In this document: positions 15,000 through 26,526 of the stretch, piece after piece
How positions within the stretch are numbered: the first letter of the stretch is position 1
Layout of the letters: the number at the start of each line of letters is the position of its first letter
Source: Hyphochytrium catenoides
Lineage: Eukaryota; Protista; Hyphochytriomycota
NCBI GenBank assembly: GCA_900088475.1
Contig: FLMG01000335.1
Location: forward strand, 1 to 64,000
Direction of reading: 5' to 3'
DNA length: 64,000 nucleotides
Made by a program: the position numbers and the translations under genes
The notes under the pieces: generated by a model
Database searches by the model: none
What the model was told of the DNA's origin: nothing
What the model saw: the letters and a program-made list of their open reading frames with translations, nothing else

Positions 15000-17900
15000 C
15001 TATATCTCGGCCAAAAGTGGTCGTCTTTCGCCATTCCCGGGATTAGCTCCTGTCCTTTGTCCTTCATTTTGCTCAGGAATACGAGTGCCGAATACCTGGA
15101 GACATATAACCAGAAAAACTAGCGCTAGAATGTATCCAACGACAGGCTGGTACAGTCCTAAGCCGACCATAAGGTTTCCGAAGATGATTGCAGCAAACTC
15201 GACGAGAAGAACGTATGGAAGTATCGTAAATACGTGAGTCGTCGTGCTGCAGCCTGTAGACATAGAGGCGAGAACTGTGGTGTCGGCTATTGGAGAGCAA
15301 GAGTTCCCGAAAGAGGCGCCCGACATTATCCCGCCAAATACCATGACAAGGGTAAGCTTGTCTCCCCCGCTCAGGTGAAACGCCATCGGCGTAATCTGCG
15401 GTGGGATAGTGAGTGTAAGTAGATGAGGCTCGTTGGTGAAAGAGTGTAGGAACCAGCAGAAACGACCACGCACAGTGTGCTAAACGGAAGTGAGAGAGAT
15501 TAATACGGGTCGGGACAGTAAAACAAGGTAACGATGCTGAAACACAAACTTACCAAGGGGAATAGGATACCTGGCAATAGGATGATGCGGAGGGGGAGAA
15601 GTCAAGGGAAGAGTCAGCTTGTCAGCTTCTCACGCAGATTTGCTACCTTAAGAGGAGGAAAGAAGCAAAAAATGGCAAGGCAAAGGGAACCCGTAAACCC
15701 AATCCGAAACCCACAGCCTACGGCTGACGATATCAAAAGAAATCGAGGAGTTGCAGAGCGGCTTACCCATGGTTCCAAACCCTGACCCAATTGAGAAAGC
15801 TATGAGACTTGATACTGCCATGGTAATGCCAGGGATCAGGCCTACTGGCAAATGGTCTCCTACCACAGACGCGAGGTAACCACCGGTGTTCAGATCAGTG
15901 GTTACCTTCCCCAGTGCCCACGCTAGAATAAGGATCATTGTAGGTGCTAGCACATCTTGCATCCCTATTACCCACGTTTCCACTGCCTCCTTAAGTGTCA
16001 AAATTCGTTGAGATACAACCAAGATCAAGGCGACGAGCCAGCCAGCTCCTATTCCTCGAACCAGAGCTTGTACTGAGTTGCTATGACTCATTGCATTGAT
16101 AAAGTTCTTTTCCGGTCTCTCCTCCACGGGAAGGGTGTCAATTCTTGCCAATCCGCTGAGCACCATGGATGAAAAGGTACCAGCAATGGTGGTGAGAAAG
16201 GGGACCGCTGCATTAACCCAGTTGGCATGGCCTGGTTTTGGGGTAAGAGGAGATTCTGGTTGAATCTCCTTAGCCACCCCTTCAGGTAGTTCATTGTCAT
16301 TCAGATTCTCTGTGCAAAGAGAGTGAATGAAAGGAGAAAATAAGGACATCACTTTTACGTGTTGAGCGATTGCATTTGGGTCACGCAACCCGATTTTGAT
16401 GGCTTAGTTTGCAAGACTCGTTGGAGCAAAGTATGTCTCCGGATGGAAATAGTAAACCAATGAGTAGAAGTTAGGGAGAAGGCAGCAGAGCAGTGATAGC
16501 CAGGACTGGTGCATGAGACTGCATACATTGACCAGGAGTGCATAATTCCAGATGTACCTGCAGATTTCGATGAAGCTGCTGCCTGCTCGTACTGCATCAT
16601 CGGAGGCAAGTCCCTGCGTGAAACAATCACCACCACCACGAAAAGAACCATCAAGACGTTGAAGAACCGGTATTCGGTAGCTCGGATGAACATAACGAAG
16701 GGGTCCCAATCCAGGTCCTGCTTGGACAGCTCTGCCGCGATGTAGGCAATCTGGACGCCAACCCAGGAACTGATAGGGGCTAGTGGTAAGTTGGCAGGAG
16801 CAGTTATGAGCATTTTAGTCTGACAGCGTCGTGCTAAGTTTGGCTTGAGAGTGAAAGGCATGAATATAAAAAGGGAGCGGTCATGTCAATTGGCAGCGAA
16901 GGGAATGAGAAGTACAGTCGAAACGGTAGCCACGGCACGTGGCATGACCAATGACAAATTTAAAGGAAGACTGACGCCAAAATCAATCTTACCCATGGAT
17001 GCCAAGCTGGTCCCCATAGAATGTATAATGAACGCTAACTTCTCTTTACTAACTCCCGTTTCTACCATTGTATCTCGAAGCGAGCTCCCCGCTATCAGGA
17101 TGCAGGAGTAGTCATCAAAGAAGAGAAGGGCACAAAGCAACCAGGATGAGAGCTGACTGCTCAATCTGGATTTCATAAATGATTGATAAATTCGCGTCAG
17201 CCCCAGGGCTCCACCACTACGCTGAACTAAAGCAATCAGTCCCCCAAGCAGCAGAATAAATAGTATGAAGGACGCATGCTCCTGGGACACCAGCGCACCA
17301 AGCCAGTATGTATCTAACGTCCTTGCAAGTCCGAAGATGACGTTTCCATCCTCTACTATGATCGCCCCCACAAGAATGCCCGAGAGCAAGGCGAAGAGGA
17401 CCTGTAGATAGATAGGCGAGTAGAGCATACTGAGATACATTTTGCAAGCTCATAGAGGCCAGAGAAGAGAAGTCCGCAAGTAACGATAGTGGAAGGTAGA
17501 GAGACACTACCAGGCACCAACATTTGTTGCCACGTTGAGGATATCCGAGTGCCAATAGCAGTATAATCCTTACCTCCTGAGTAAGCACTGCGGCCACTAG
17601 GGTAACGAGAGGAGGAAGAACTGATAAGAACCCAGGCAGACATGGGACGGTCGCATAACATGTTGCCACTAATGGCTTGGCAGGAGGCCCAGTGTTCACG
17701 GTCAGATGCAGGCTAGTACTGCCCCATCCTTTAAGCTTAACGCCGTCTATAAGAAATATCACACGCGTTTGCTTGTTGCCATCACTGTCTAGAGTTGTCA
17801 CGTTATCAGCAGACAAAGGCCGATCTGAGCTTGGCGTCGATAGGCTGTACTGGAGGGTGGACGGATAAGTTTGACCTTCGAAGCCAACACGTCAGGAGAG

Positions 17901-18280
17901 CGGATAGAGGAAACGAATTAGAGTCAGTTATGAAGTGTTAGGCAGTCTAGATGACGCTTCGCACCATCAGAGAGCTCTTGCATAGCGACCTTGAGCTTGA
18001 AAGGTATGTCTCGAAGCAGGACAGGAGGAGCCTTGAATAAAAGACAGGGATAAGACAGTTATAACAAGGGGAAGAGCTTGTCGATAACAAAGGGTGTATG
18101 GCAATGGAGTAAGCATACCTGAATTTCACAGGCTAAGGAGTGGCTGTATTTGCCTGACCCCTTTGAAGTCGCCACGACTGATGCAAGCTTCATGATTGAA
18201 AGTAAGCTTATTAGACCAGCTCCAAGAAGCATTAGAGGCACAGCGCCAGCTCCCACGAAGAGTGCAGATGATCGCTTCAT
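15000..18280 (-). CDS. NhaC-family Na+/H+ antiporter-like multi-pass transporter
   Basis: Motifs LSVLPPLVTL, LFFDDYS..LIAG, VSKEKLAFIIHS, APISSWVG, LILAWALG, IGSGFGTMG and FGNSCSPIADTTVLASMSTGC...HVFT.LPY are characteristic of the NhaC family. Multi-exon. Confidence 0.88.
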
Positions 18281-19188
18281 CTTGGACTGCACAGCTCCTG
18301 CCTACCAAGCTAGCGGCACACTCTCGTTGGTTCTCGCACAACGAGCTCTTTTAGCAAGTGATTTGCACCGGCATGCAGTTTCAAGGCCGGGCATTGGGAG
18401 CTCCAGCAGTCCAGCAGACACTGCGCGCGTGTGGTCAAGCTGCTCTGCTCTGCTCTCTCAGTAATGCTTATAAGCTCAGGAGGAGTAGCGCTATCATCCT
18501 CGGATGGTTCCTATCATCTCGGATGGTCATAGATCCACCACTTGACTTGCCGCTTCCACCACTTCAACATCACGGACATATTAAGAACTAGAACCCCCAA
18601 TCCCTGACCTCATTCTGAATAGCAGACGTAAGATCTCTGACCCATCGGCTGCCTGTCAACCCTGCTGCAGATCTTGAGCAAGATCTTGGACACACTTCTC
18701 TCAGTGATGGATTGCCTCGAAAGGGTGCAAAAGCTGTATGTAGGCTTCCTTACGTACCTGCTAGGGTCACTTTGTACAATCACTCAGTACTCCCGTCTTC
18801 ATCATCACCATGAAGAGCAATTTCAATGAGGGAGACATATGGGGCTGCTGTAAGAAGCGCGACTATGTCTGATGACCATCGACCGACTGGGATATGGAGC
18901 AAGTTAATGGGATTATGGGCTCTCAGGTGATCGGCTCGACCATTCGGATGCTCTATAGAATGGGCTGGTTGGTCACGCCGCATGCATAGAGATCCAGTGC
19001 AGAGAGGAAAATGTAGAAGATAAAGATCGTTATGTCTTATAATGAAGCCTATGGAGAACCTACGGCTAGAGGGGGAACAACACTAAGCTACAAACCTACT
19101 CCTACCAGGGATGAAACAAACACGCAGTTAAGAACCAGAAGGGGCGAAAGAACCCAGAATAGCTTACAGTCAACTAAGTCATAAGAGC

Positions 19189-22100
19189 TCACTTGCGTCC
19201 TCCAACCATGGCGTTCTGGGTGTCGCAATTGTCATTAGAGTAGCCGCGGAAGCACTTGCAAACGCCCTCGCTAGAGTCACAGAGGCCACGCCCAGCACAC
19301 GTGTCTACATAGCGGTATTCCCTGACCTTGTCGCTGTTTCTAATAAGGAACGGCTTGAAGCTAGTGGTCTCACCCATGAACCCAATGTATGGGGATGTGA
19401 GCTCCAAGGTTTTAGCCACGGCGTGCTTGACTTGGTAGACCACACCATCGAGGAAGACCCGGTCACCAGCATCAACGTGGAGCACATCAATATCAGCCAC
19501 GCGGGTAACAGTGCCAGTCAGCTGCACATCGAACTCAATGATGCTTGAGGAGAAAAGGGTTGTCTCGGAGTTCGAAGAGAGATCAAAGGCAGCAGTGGCC
19601 GGTGTGTTTGAGGTGTCAAGAATGTAGACGACAGAGGCATCCTCATTGTCGTAGGAGGCAACCTTAGGACTAGCTGCTAGCGTGACCACGTTTGTGTTAA
19701 CCGCTGCGACACCATAGATTTTGCCGTTGAAGTACAGGTACTGGGAAGTTGTGAACTTGCCTCCAGTAGTGACGGTCAGCTCCGAGTTGGCCTCATCAAA
19801 GGACACGACCGTATCCATATCTGAAACTGGGCGGAAGTAATTGACCGTGTCAAGTGTGCCATAGACACCACGGTGCACAGAGGGAAAGGTGTTCCGTGTG
19901 TCCACCTTAAATGCCCCCAGCTGAGCAGGATTGCCGCTGTCAAGAAGAACAGAGCAGTGTGCCTGAGCATCGGCGTTACTCAGGGCATCAAGCTGATACT
20001 CCAACGTCCAACCAATCGTGGCTCCATTGCTTGTGATTGCCGTGCGGTCTCGGCAACCAGTCCCATCTCTAGCCTTCTTGACATTCACGGCGTTAGGGGC
20101 GGTTGCCCTCCCAATCTTCAAGATGCAGGACTACAGGGAGACAAATATGGTTACTTTGGTCTGAAACGACGTTTTAGGGGATATGACATTTCCGACTTAC
20201 GTTGTCTGAGTTTGCAGTGTCATCCTTAACAAAAACACCGATCAGATCCCCTTCGTTAAGTGGGGGCAACGGCGTGTTTTTGTAGATCCCCGCATGCTTA
20301 ACAGTGAAAGTGGATGCCCCAGCTGCTGTCAACTCGAAGAACCAATCATTATCGTTGTTACCGTTGTTCTCGACGCCCTCTGCGAGGGTTGCACCAACAA
20401 ACTTGGTGAGTGAGAGCAGCGGTTGCGCCAGATAAGCATCAGCTGCAGTGTTTGGAATATCGCAAGCATGGCCCTCCATGACAGTGACGGTCCCAGCAGC
20501 GACATTTGCGGTTGCTTTGACAACGCATGGCGTCTTGGTGCCAGAAATGTCTTGAAGGATGATAAGATAGTGATCTGAAAGGAGCAGAATGATTGTAAGC
20601 TCACTACTATGGAAATAACTGTTGCTATCTTCAGAAGGCTCACCGATAACTTCGAAAGTGTTTGGAAAGAATCCTGCGCTAACAGAGATTGAATCCGCAG
20701 CTACAGCGGTGACACATCCGGAGCAGAACCCCATTGGAACCAACCCTACGACAAAAGAAAGCGCGAATGAGTAAAGGGAGGTTATTGGCAAATCGGAAGA
20801 TCTGGCTGGTTCGGGGTCCTACCAAGTGGTGTCATGAAGCTGAGAGCATTCTTATCGGTATTATCAAGGTCAGCGACCGTGGTAGCGGCACCAACTTTGA
20901 CCAATGCGTGTTTAGTCGTGGACGGATCGATTGGGCCCCTAAAGGCTGCATCCATCCAGGTAATCTTTGTTCCAGGGTTAAGATGAACAAAAGTACCGAT
21001 CTTTGTTGAGACAGGTTCCTCGGGCTCAGGGGTACCATAAATGCCGTGGTAGAACCTGTCGTCAAACTCGCCACCCTGGCCATCATGCAGGTTAGGACTA
21101 AAAGACGCTGGCTGATGCAGTGTGTGCTAGCCCTTCTCAAGTTACCTGCAAGTTACCAACAAAGGTTGTAAGGGTTCCAGATACTGGAAGGCATTGAGAA
21201 TCATCTATCTTCGGTGACTTGATAGGTCCAGGGTTGCTGCTTAGCTTAAGGAAGTATTGATATCCCTTTTGGCCGGGTGAAGGGAAGAATTTGACGTCGC
21301 TCTCACTCAATCGGAAGGCACCCCTGCAATATATTCAGAGAGTTGGTCATCATGGCCATTAAGTCCAGCAGCGGATGCGTACAAACCTTGGAAGGTTGTT
21401 GATAGCTTGGAGCAAGATGGCCGCATTAGCAGAGTTGGGGTCACAAGGAATGGCCTCAGTGATGTACTCCTCAGCGTTGCCGTCATATAGATGGAGCTTG
21501 AATGTGCCCTATAATAGCGGAGGGTCAACAGCTCTAAAATCAGACTTGCAGCTTGGCATGTAGCTTACCTTGAAGTCGTCCGAAGAACTACCGGAAAAGC
21601 CGAGCTTGAAAGCAGGATTGACTGGAGCATTAGCACCGCTATAAAGTGGATCGACACCGACAGGACACTTTCGCTGTGTGCAGTCCATTCCGTAATAGCC
21701 AGGGTCGCACTTGCAGCCTTGGTAGTGGTTGAGAGAGTGAGCTCAGGACCTTCCCAACGATGGAACGAGTTATATGGCGATAAGCATTTACCGTAAATTT
21801 TGTCAGCATCCCAGACATTATAGTCGTGCTTAAATGGAGCAGCTGTGTCTGCCAGAGGGGCAGTGGTATCGTAGGAAGCAGTCTCGGCAATATGTTTGAT
21901 TGCTTGGCATTGACCATGTCCACCACAGTCTGGAGAGTCAGAGCTTGAAAGGCATGCAACCACACTCCGCTGGCACGCAGAACCTTCATATCCAACTTCA
22001 CAGAGACATTGACCATTGCTTCGGTCACAGGTTCCCTAGAAAACAGGAATCAGCTTGAGCTTAAAGGGGTACTAACAATGGCGTACCTTTCCTGAGCACT

Positions 22101-22506
22101 CAACGTACTGGTGAGCGACAGCAATGTTGCCTGATGGCGGGGTTGAGGTACATTGGAGCGGCAGCTCATAGACCTCGACTGGGTAGTTCTCAGCAGCAAC
22201 AGTGGATGAAGCATCTGCAAGATACCGGCTGAGCAGAACTCATTGGGAGTTCCTAGTACTCTAAAGAAGCTTACCATACTCTCCATTGCTGTTCAAATCA
22301 CCAAGTGGCGTATCTATCCAAGCAATCCCAAACGGACAGGTGCGCTCCGAACAATCGGCGGCCTGATACCCCTTATGGCAAATGCATGCGTCATTAGGCC
22401 CACAATCGCCATGTCCACTGCATGCGTTGGGGCACTCTGCTGCCACAGTTGCCAACCCAAGGGCAACGACCGCCGCAGAGATTATGAGCTGTCTGCTGCG
22501 GCTCAT
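19189..22506 (-). CDS. Secreted EGF-repeat protein of the Sig1/Ocm1 tubular mastigoneme family (long paralog)
   Basis: Signal peptide, then ECPNACSGHGDC...DCSERTCPFGIAWIDTPLGDLN, ECSGKGTCDRSNGQCLC, WDADKIYGCKCDPGYYGMDCTQRKCPVGVDPLY, and C-terminal CAGRGLCDSSEGVCKCFRGYSNDNCDTQNAM. No TM anchor. Confidence 0.88.
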
Positions 22507-23793
22507 CTTTCACTTGCTTTTGGAGACTCGAGCAGTGAACGGCAGAGCCTCAGTTGGCAAATGGTTAATCTGTACAATCCGAGAGTCATGCCGGGGGATG
22601 TCTCTTCGAAGCGTCTCTGACCTTCTGAACGACACCTTTCAAACCAGTTCCGGATTGTATCCTTTCGACATCAAGAATACCGGTAGTAGACATTGGTGTC
22701 GTCCTGGATATCAGATGTAAGGATCCTAGATCCTAGCGACAGGGCAACGGAATTCTCTTTGGAAGAGTCACGCAGTCGGCTCTGAACCGATGCCGCGGAG
22801 TCTCATAGAGTACAGACTTGGGCAAGTACTCGAAGATACCTAGAAGTACTTGGGAAGGGAAGGAAGGCTCACTACTACAGAGAAGGGTCTCAACTTCCTG
22901 GTACCTTCAATAGGTAAAACAGTACTTGTAATCGAAGGTGTATTTGATTCCCAGTAACTAGGTTACTTATTAGGTAAAGTGCCGGGTCTACTACCGTTTT
23001 ACAAGATAGAGCGCTTCACTCTTAGCGATTTCCAGTGGTTCTTGACGTCAAGGAGGACAAGTGACCGTTCTATGACTCCAAGTCTGTTAGAGCATTGCCT
23101 CTATAGAACTATCCTGGACTCTAGAACTTTAGACTTGTAGTAGTGTTTGAGGCCCTAGAGGCGATGCTGGGACTGGAGTAGGTAAGCCGCCACTTGTACT
23201 GTCCTAGTTAGAGCAGTCCGGTTAACCTACTTGTATCTTGATCTCCTCTCCTTTCTTCCTGGAGATGTTCCAATCCTGATCAGACTGGGGCGGGTGGGCT
23301 TCAGTTGATAGAAAGTAGTAGCAGTGCCTCCCGTCCATTGCAATGCCTTGGGCCCTGGGTGGGTAAGGCCCACTCATCACCTGGCAAGATGAGCCAACCT
23401 GTCCCTCAACCTCGTTCTGTCTGTTGATGAGCGTGAAGGGTCCTTTTATTTGAACCTAACGGTAAAAAGCCGAAGAGACACTTCTCTCATTTGGAATAGC
23501 AAGCACAAGCATCAACAAATAGTTGTATGTCCTGTAAGATCAGTCTGGTGCTAGGGTTTAATACTGGAGCGGGGCACGGGAAGCGCAGTAGCTCCTTGGA
23601 ATTCACTGCCGAAAGAGTAAGAAACAGTTACCTTCCTGGTTTACGGAATTAAGCATGGGTTTCTCTTTGAAAACAGGGGGATGAATCGATCCAGCTAACG
23701 GCAGCTCGCGTCGGTGTCTCGCTTCCTTTCCAGACACTTTGCAAGCTCCGACCCGGCCCTCTTTCTGTCCGGTCCAAGCTCATCTCAAGCATC

Positions 23794-25330
23794 ATGCGGT
23801 CGTTCAAGTCTTCGGCCGTAGTTCTGGCTATTATCGGCCTCTTCTTTTCTCCAGCTCTTGGGCACTGTCCCAACAGCTGTTCTGGGCGTGGAAAATGTAC
23901 TCCTGATGACGTCTGCCAATGTTATCGAGAGTTCAGTAGCTCGCCGGATTGCAGCAAGCGTTCTTGTCCATATGCTCCAGCCTGGGCTGATATCCCGACG
24001 AAAGACGGGGAAGGGTATGCCCTGGCGGAGTGTTCGAACAAAGGTACTTGCGACAGGACATCAGGGCAGTGTAAATGCTTCCCAGGTTATACTGGCCATG
24101 CTTGCCAGCGTATGGAGTGTCTCAACAGCTGCAGTGGTCATGGTAAGTTCTAGGGCTAAGAGGATCGGTATCTATTGAAGACTAATTTTTAAGCCAACGC
24201 TAGGTTACTGTCGGTCAATGGATGAAGTGGCTGGAATCCCGCCATCCTCCTCTGAAAGCATGTGGGCTTCGGAGAAGTCCAGGGTATGCGTATGTGACGA
24301 CGGATACGAGGGCATCGATTGCTCTCTTCGAACCTGCCCAAGAGGCGATGACCCTCTTACTGAATACCAGAAGGATCCTATGGTCCAGTACCTTGTCGTC
24401 GGAGATGGCTTTGTAGATCTGGACGAGAATGATATTCTTCTGACCTTCTATGACACCTATGGAGGCATCTGGAAGAAGTCTGTCTCCTTGGGCTCAGACA
24501 CTGATGCCACGAAGAACGCGGTCCGTGAGGCACTAAAGAGTGTGCCAAACTTCAGGCTGACAGCAATGAATGTGGAGGCTGTCGATAGCCTAACAGGGGC
24601 AGACCTACCGGTGTACAATCCCGTAACTCGGCGCTCAACCGGTACACTTTTGAAGGCCAATGCCAAGCAGCAAATCTTCAAGATCACCTTCAACAGTGCG
24701 GTCCCTGGAGAATCTGGGAGGCAAAAACTCATGGGTTGTGATCTCGTTAAGAGGGCAGCTGACGCCAACCTGGCCCCACTCTACCGCGGAGTTGATCTTA
24801 CCTCTGCCAGCAATCAGATGTTCACAGTCAATCAATACGACACTAATCTGCAACTGAAGCTCAACCAAGACGCCAACAGTTTGCCCAGCACTACCCAGGT
24901 TTCATCCCACCTTGATTATGCAAAGCAGATGGTAAGACAGTCCCTCACTATAAGACGCTATCTCGTTTCACTAATACGTCTCTTTTCTGGATCACAGGGT
25001 ATCCCCATTGAAGTCGTCTTCAACTCTGACTTTAGCTGCAGCCTCCGTATTGCGCCGACGGCTGCAATCACCGTAAACACTGGCGTTTATACCATCCCGG
25101 TCTTGCCAGATGAGAGCTGCCCGCCCCTAGAGGGTTCAACATCGCTGTCTGGGGCCTACGCCTACATCGGCTCCCTTTGCACAGCCTTCGAAGCATTTAA
25201 CGCGGATGCAATCTACAGTGAGAACAACGTCTGCTCAGATAGAGGCATTTGCAACACCGATTCTGGCGAATGCATGTGCTTCGAGGGTTTCCGCGGTCTG
25301 GCTTGTGGCACTCAAGACGCCTTGGTATAA
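23794..25330 (+). CDS. Secreted EGF-repeat mastigoneme-family protein (short paralog), 3 exons
   Basis: Signal peptide, then HCPNSCSGRGKC...CPYAPAWAD...AECSNKGTCDRTSGQCKC...CPRGDDPLT...CSDRGICNTDSGECMCFEGFRGLACGTQDALV*. Introns at 24143-24203 and 24932-24997. Confidence 0.9.
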
Positions 25331-26526
25331 TTAGGCAGAAAAGGATGCTAGAGAGTCTTTAGTGCCCTCTTATGAGGCGCGACTCCGTCGAAATGGATGG
25401 AGGCACTGAAGAGGGAAGAGCCTAGTAGAAGTGTACTTTCGGCCTCTCAACGTAGGTAGTAAGCAGTAGGTTAGTAGTGTATTGTCTGGTCTCCATATGA
25501 GTAATAGAAGGATCAATTAGTAGACGTTTGTTCAAGGCTCAAATGTCTTTGGTCTGCCTTATCTGCTCTAGTTGCGCCGTAGTTATGTCACAAGGTCTCT
25601 GCACTGCAGAAGTTGGACTTTGTACATCTCAGCCGCTGAAGGTATGGTCTAGTAGTACGTAAGCACAGAATACTTAGGTGACACTGTACCAAGCACAAGG
25701 AGCTGGACGCCTCTGGCTTGGAAAAGATGTTTATTGGCCGCGGACATGCTGAGGAGAGGCCTTGCTTGGGATGACTGGGTGCAGGCCGGACTCCTATGGT
25801 CTCACTATCATCGCCTCTCACCAACACGGACGAGTGATGGATAGAGTGTCCGGTAGAGTACGATTATTAGGAACTCTTCGAGCCTACCGGCGCGCTAGTA
25901 GGGAAGGGGATCTGCCAGGGCTAGTGCACGACCTTGAGGCGGTTGGCACCTATCACTTCACGGCACAGCACGGGCGACCTAGGAAACAAAGGCGAGAGTA
26001 ACAATCAGCTGATGAGGCAGCTTGACATGAAGCATGACAGTCAGCTTGGGATCTCTCTCGAGTGTCTAAAGAATGGATTTCTTGTAGGTTATTCTTATTG
26101 CTCAAGATCCGTGTTACAGTAGGAACTACTACAACTACATCTTGCTTCATGGATTTGGAGGGAGAACTGGAAGATCCGAAGGTCTCATCTGAGTCTATGG
26201 CAGAAGGTTTGCCATCATCCGTCCAGTCCCTGTCTTCTTTTCCTCCTCGTTCCACCCTCGCTAGCACATCCTTAGTGGGAGAAGCGGCAAAGCATGTAAA
26301 AGGAGACGTGTCCGGGTGCAGTTCCTATGCCTCTCCGGGCTGCGTCCCAGATTCTGTCTGCAGCAGGGGATTGGGCTGCTTGCCACTTGGACCACCTTCG
26401 GACCACCGTCAGTGTCGCGAGTAGGGAGATGATGTAACCCAAGCGGTTGCCGCTTTCATAGCACGAGGAAGAGGCCTACCCAATGGGCTCCTGAGGGGCG
26501 GATAGTGGCTTGCCAGCGACGAGAAG

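Noticed and set aside
22954-22966. GTAACTAGGTTAC near-palindrome as an RFX X-box between the mastigoneme genes
   Set aside because: It does not match the X-box consensus, and RFX is not expected in stramenopiles.
26422-26505. In-frame TAGs here and in other intergenic frames (e.g. 57911) suggesting TAG-to-Gln reassignment
   Set aside because: Conserved genes (TRM112, MGMT, PIG-X, NADH dehydrogenase) end in TAG at the expected position, and no conserved exon I translated contains an internal TAG.
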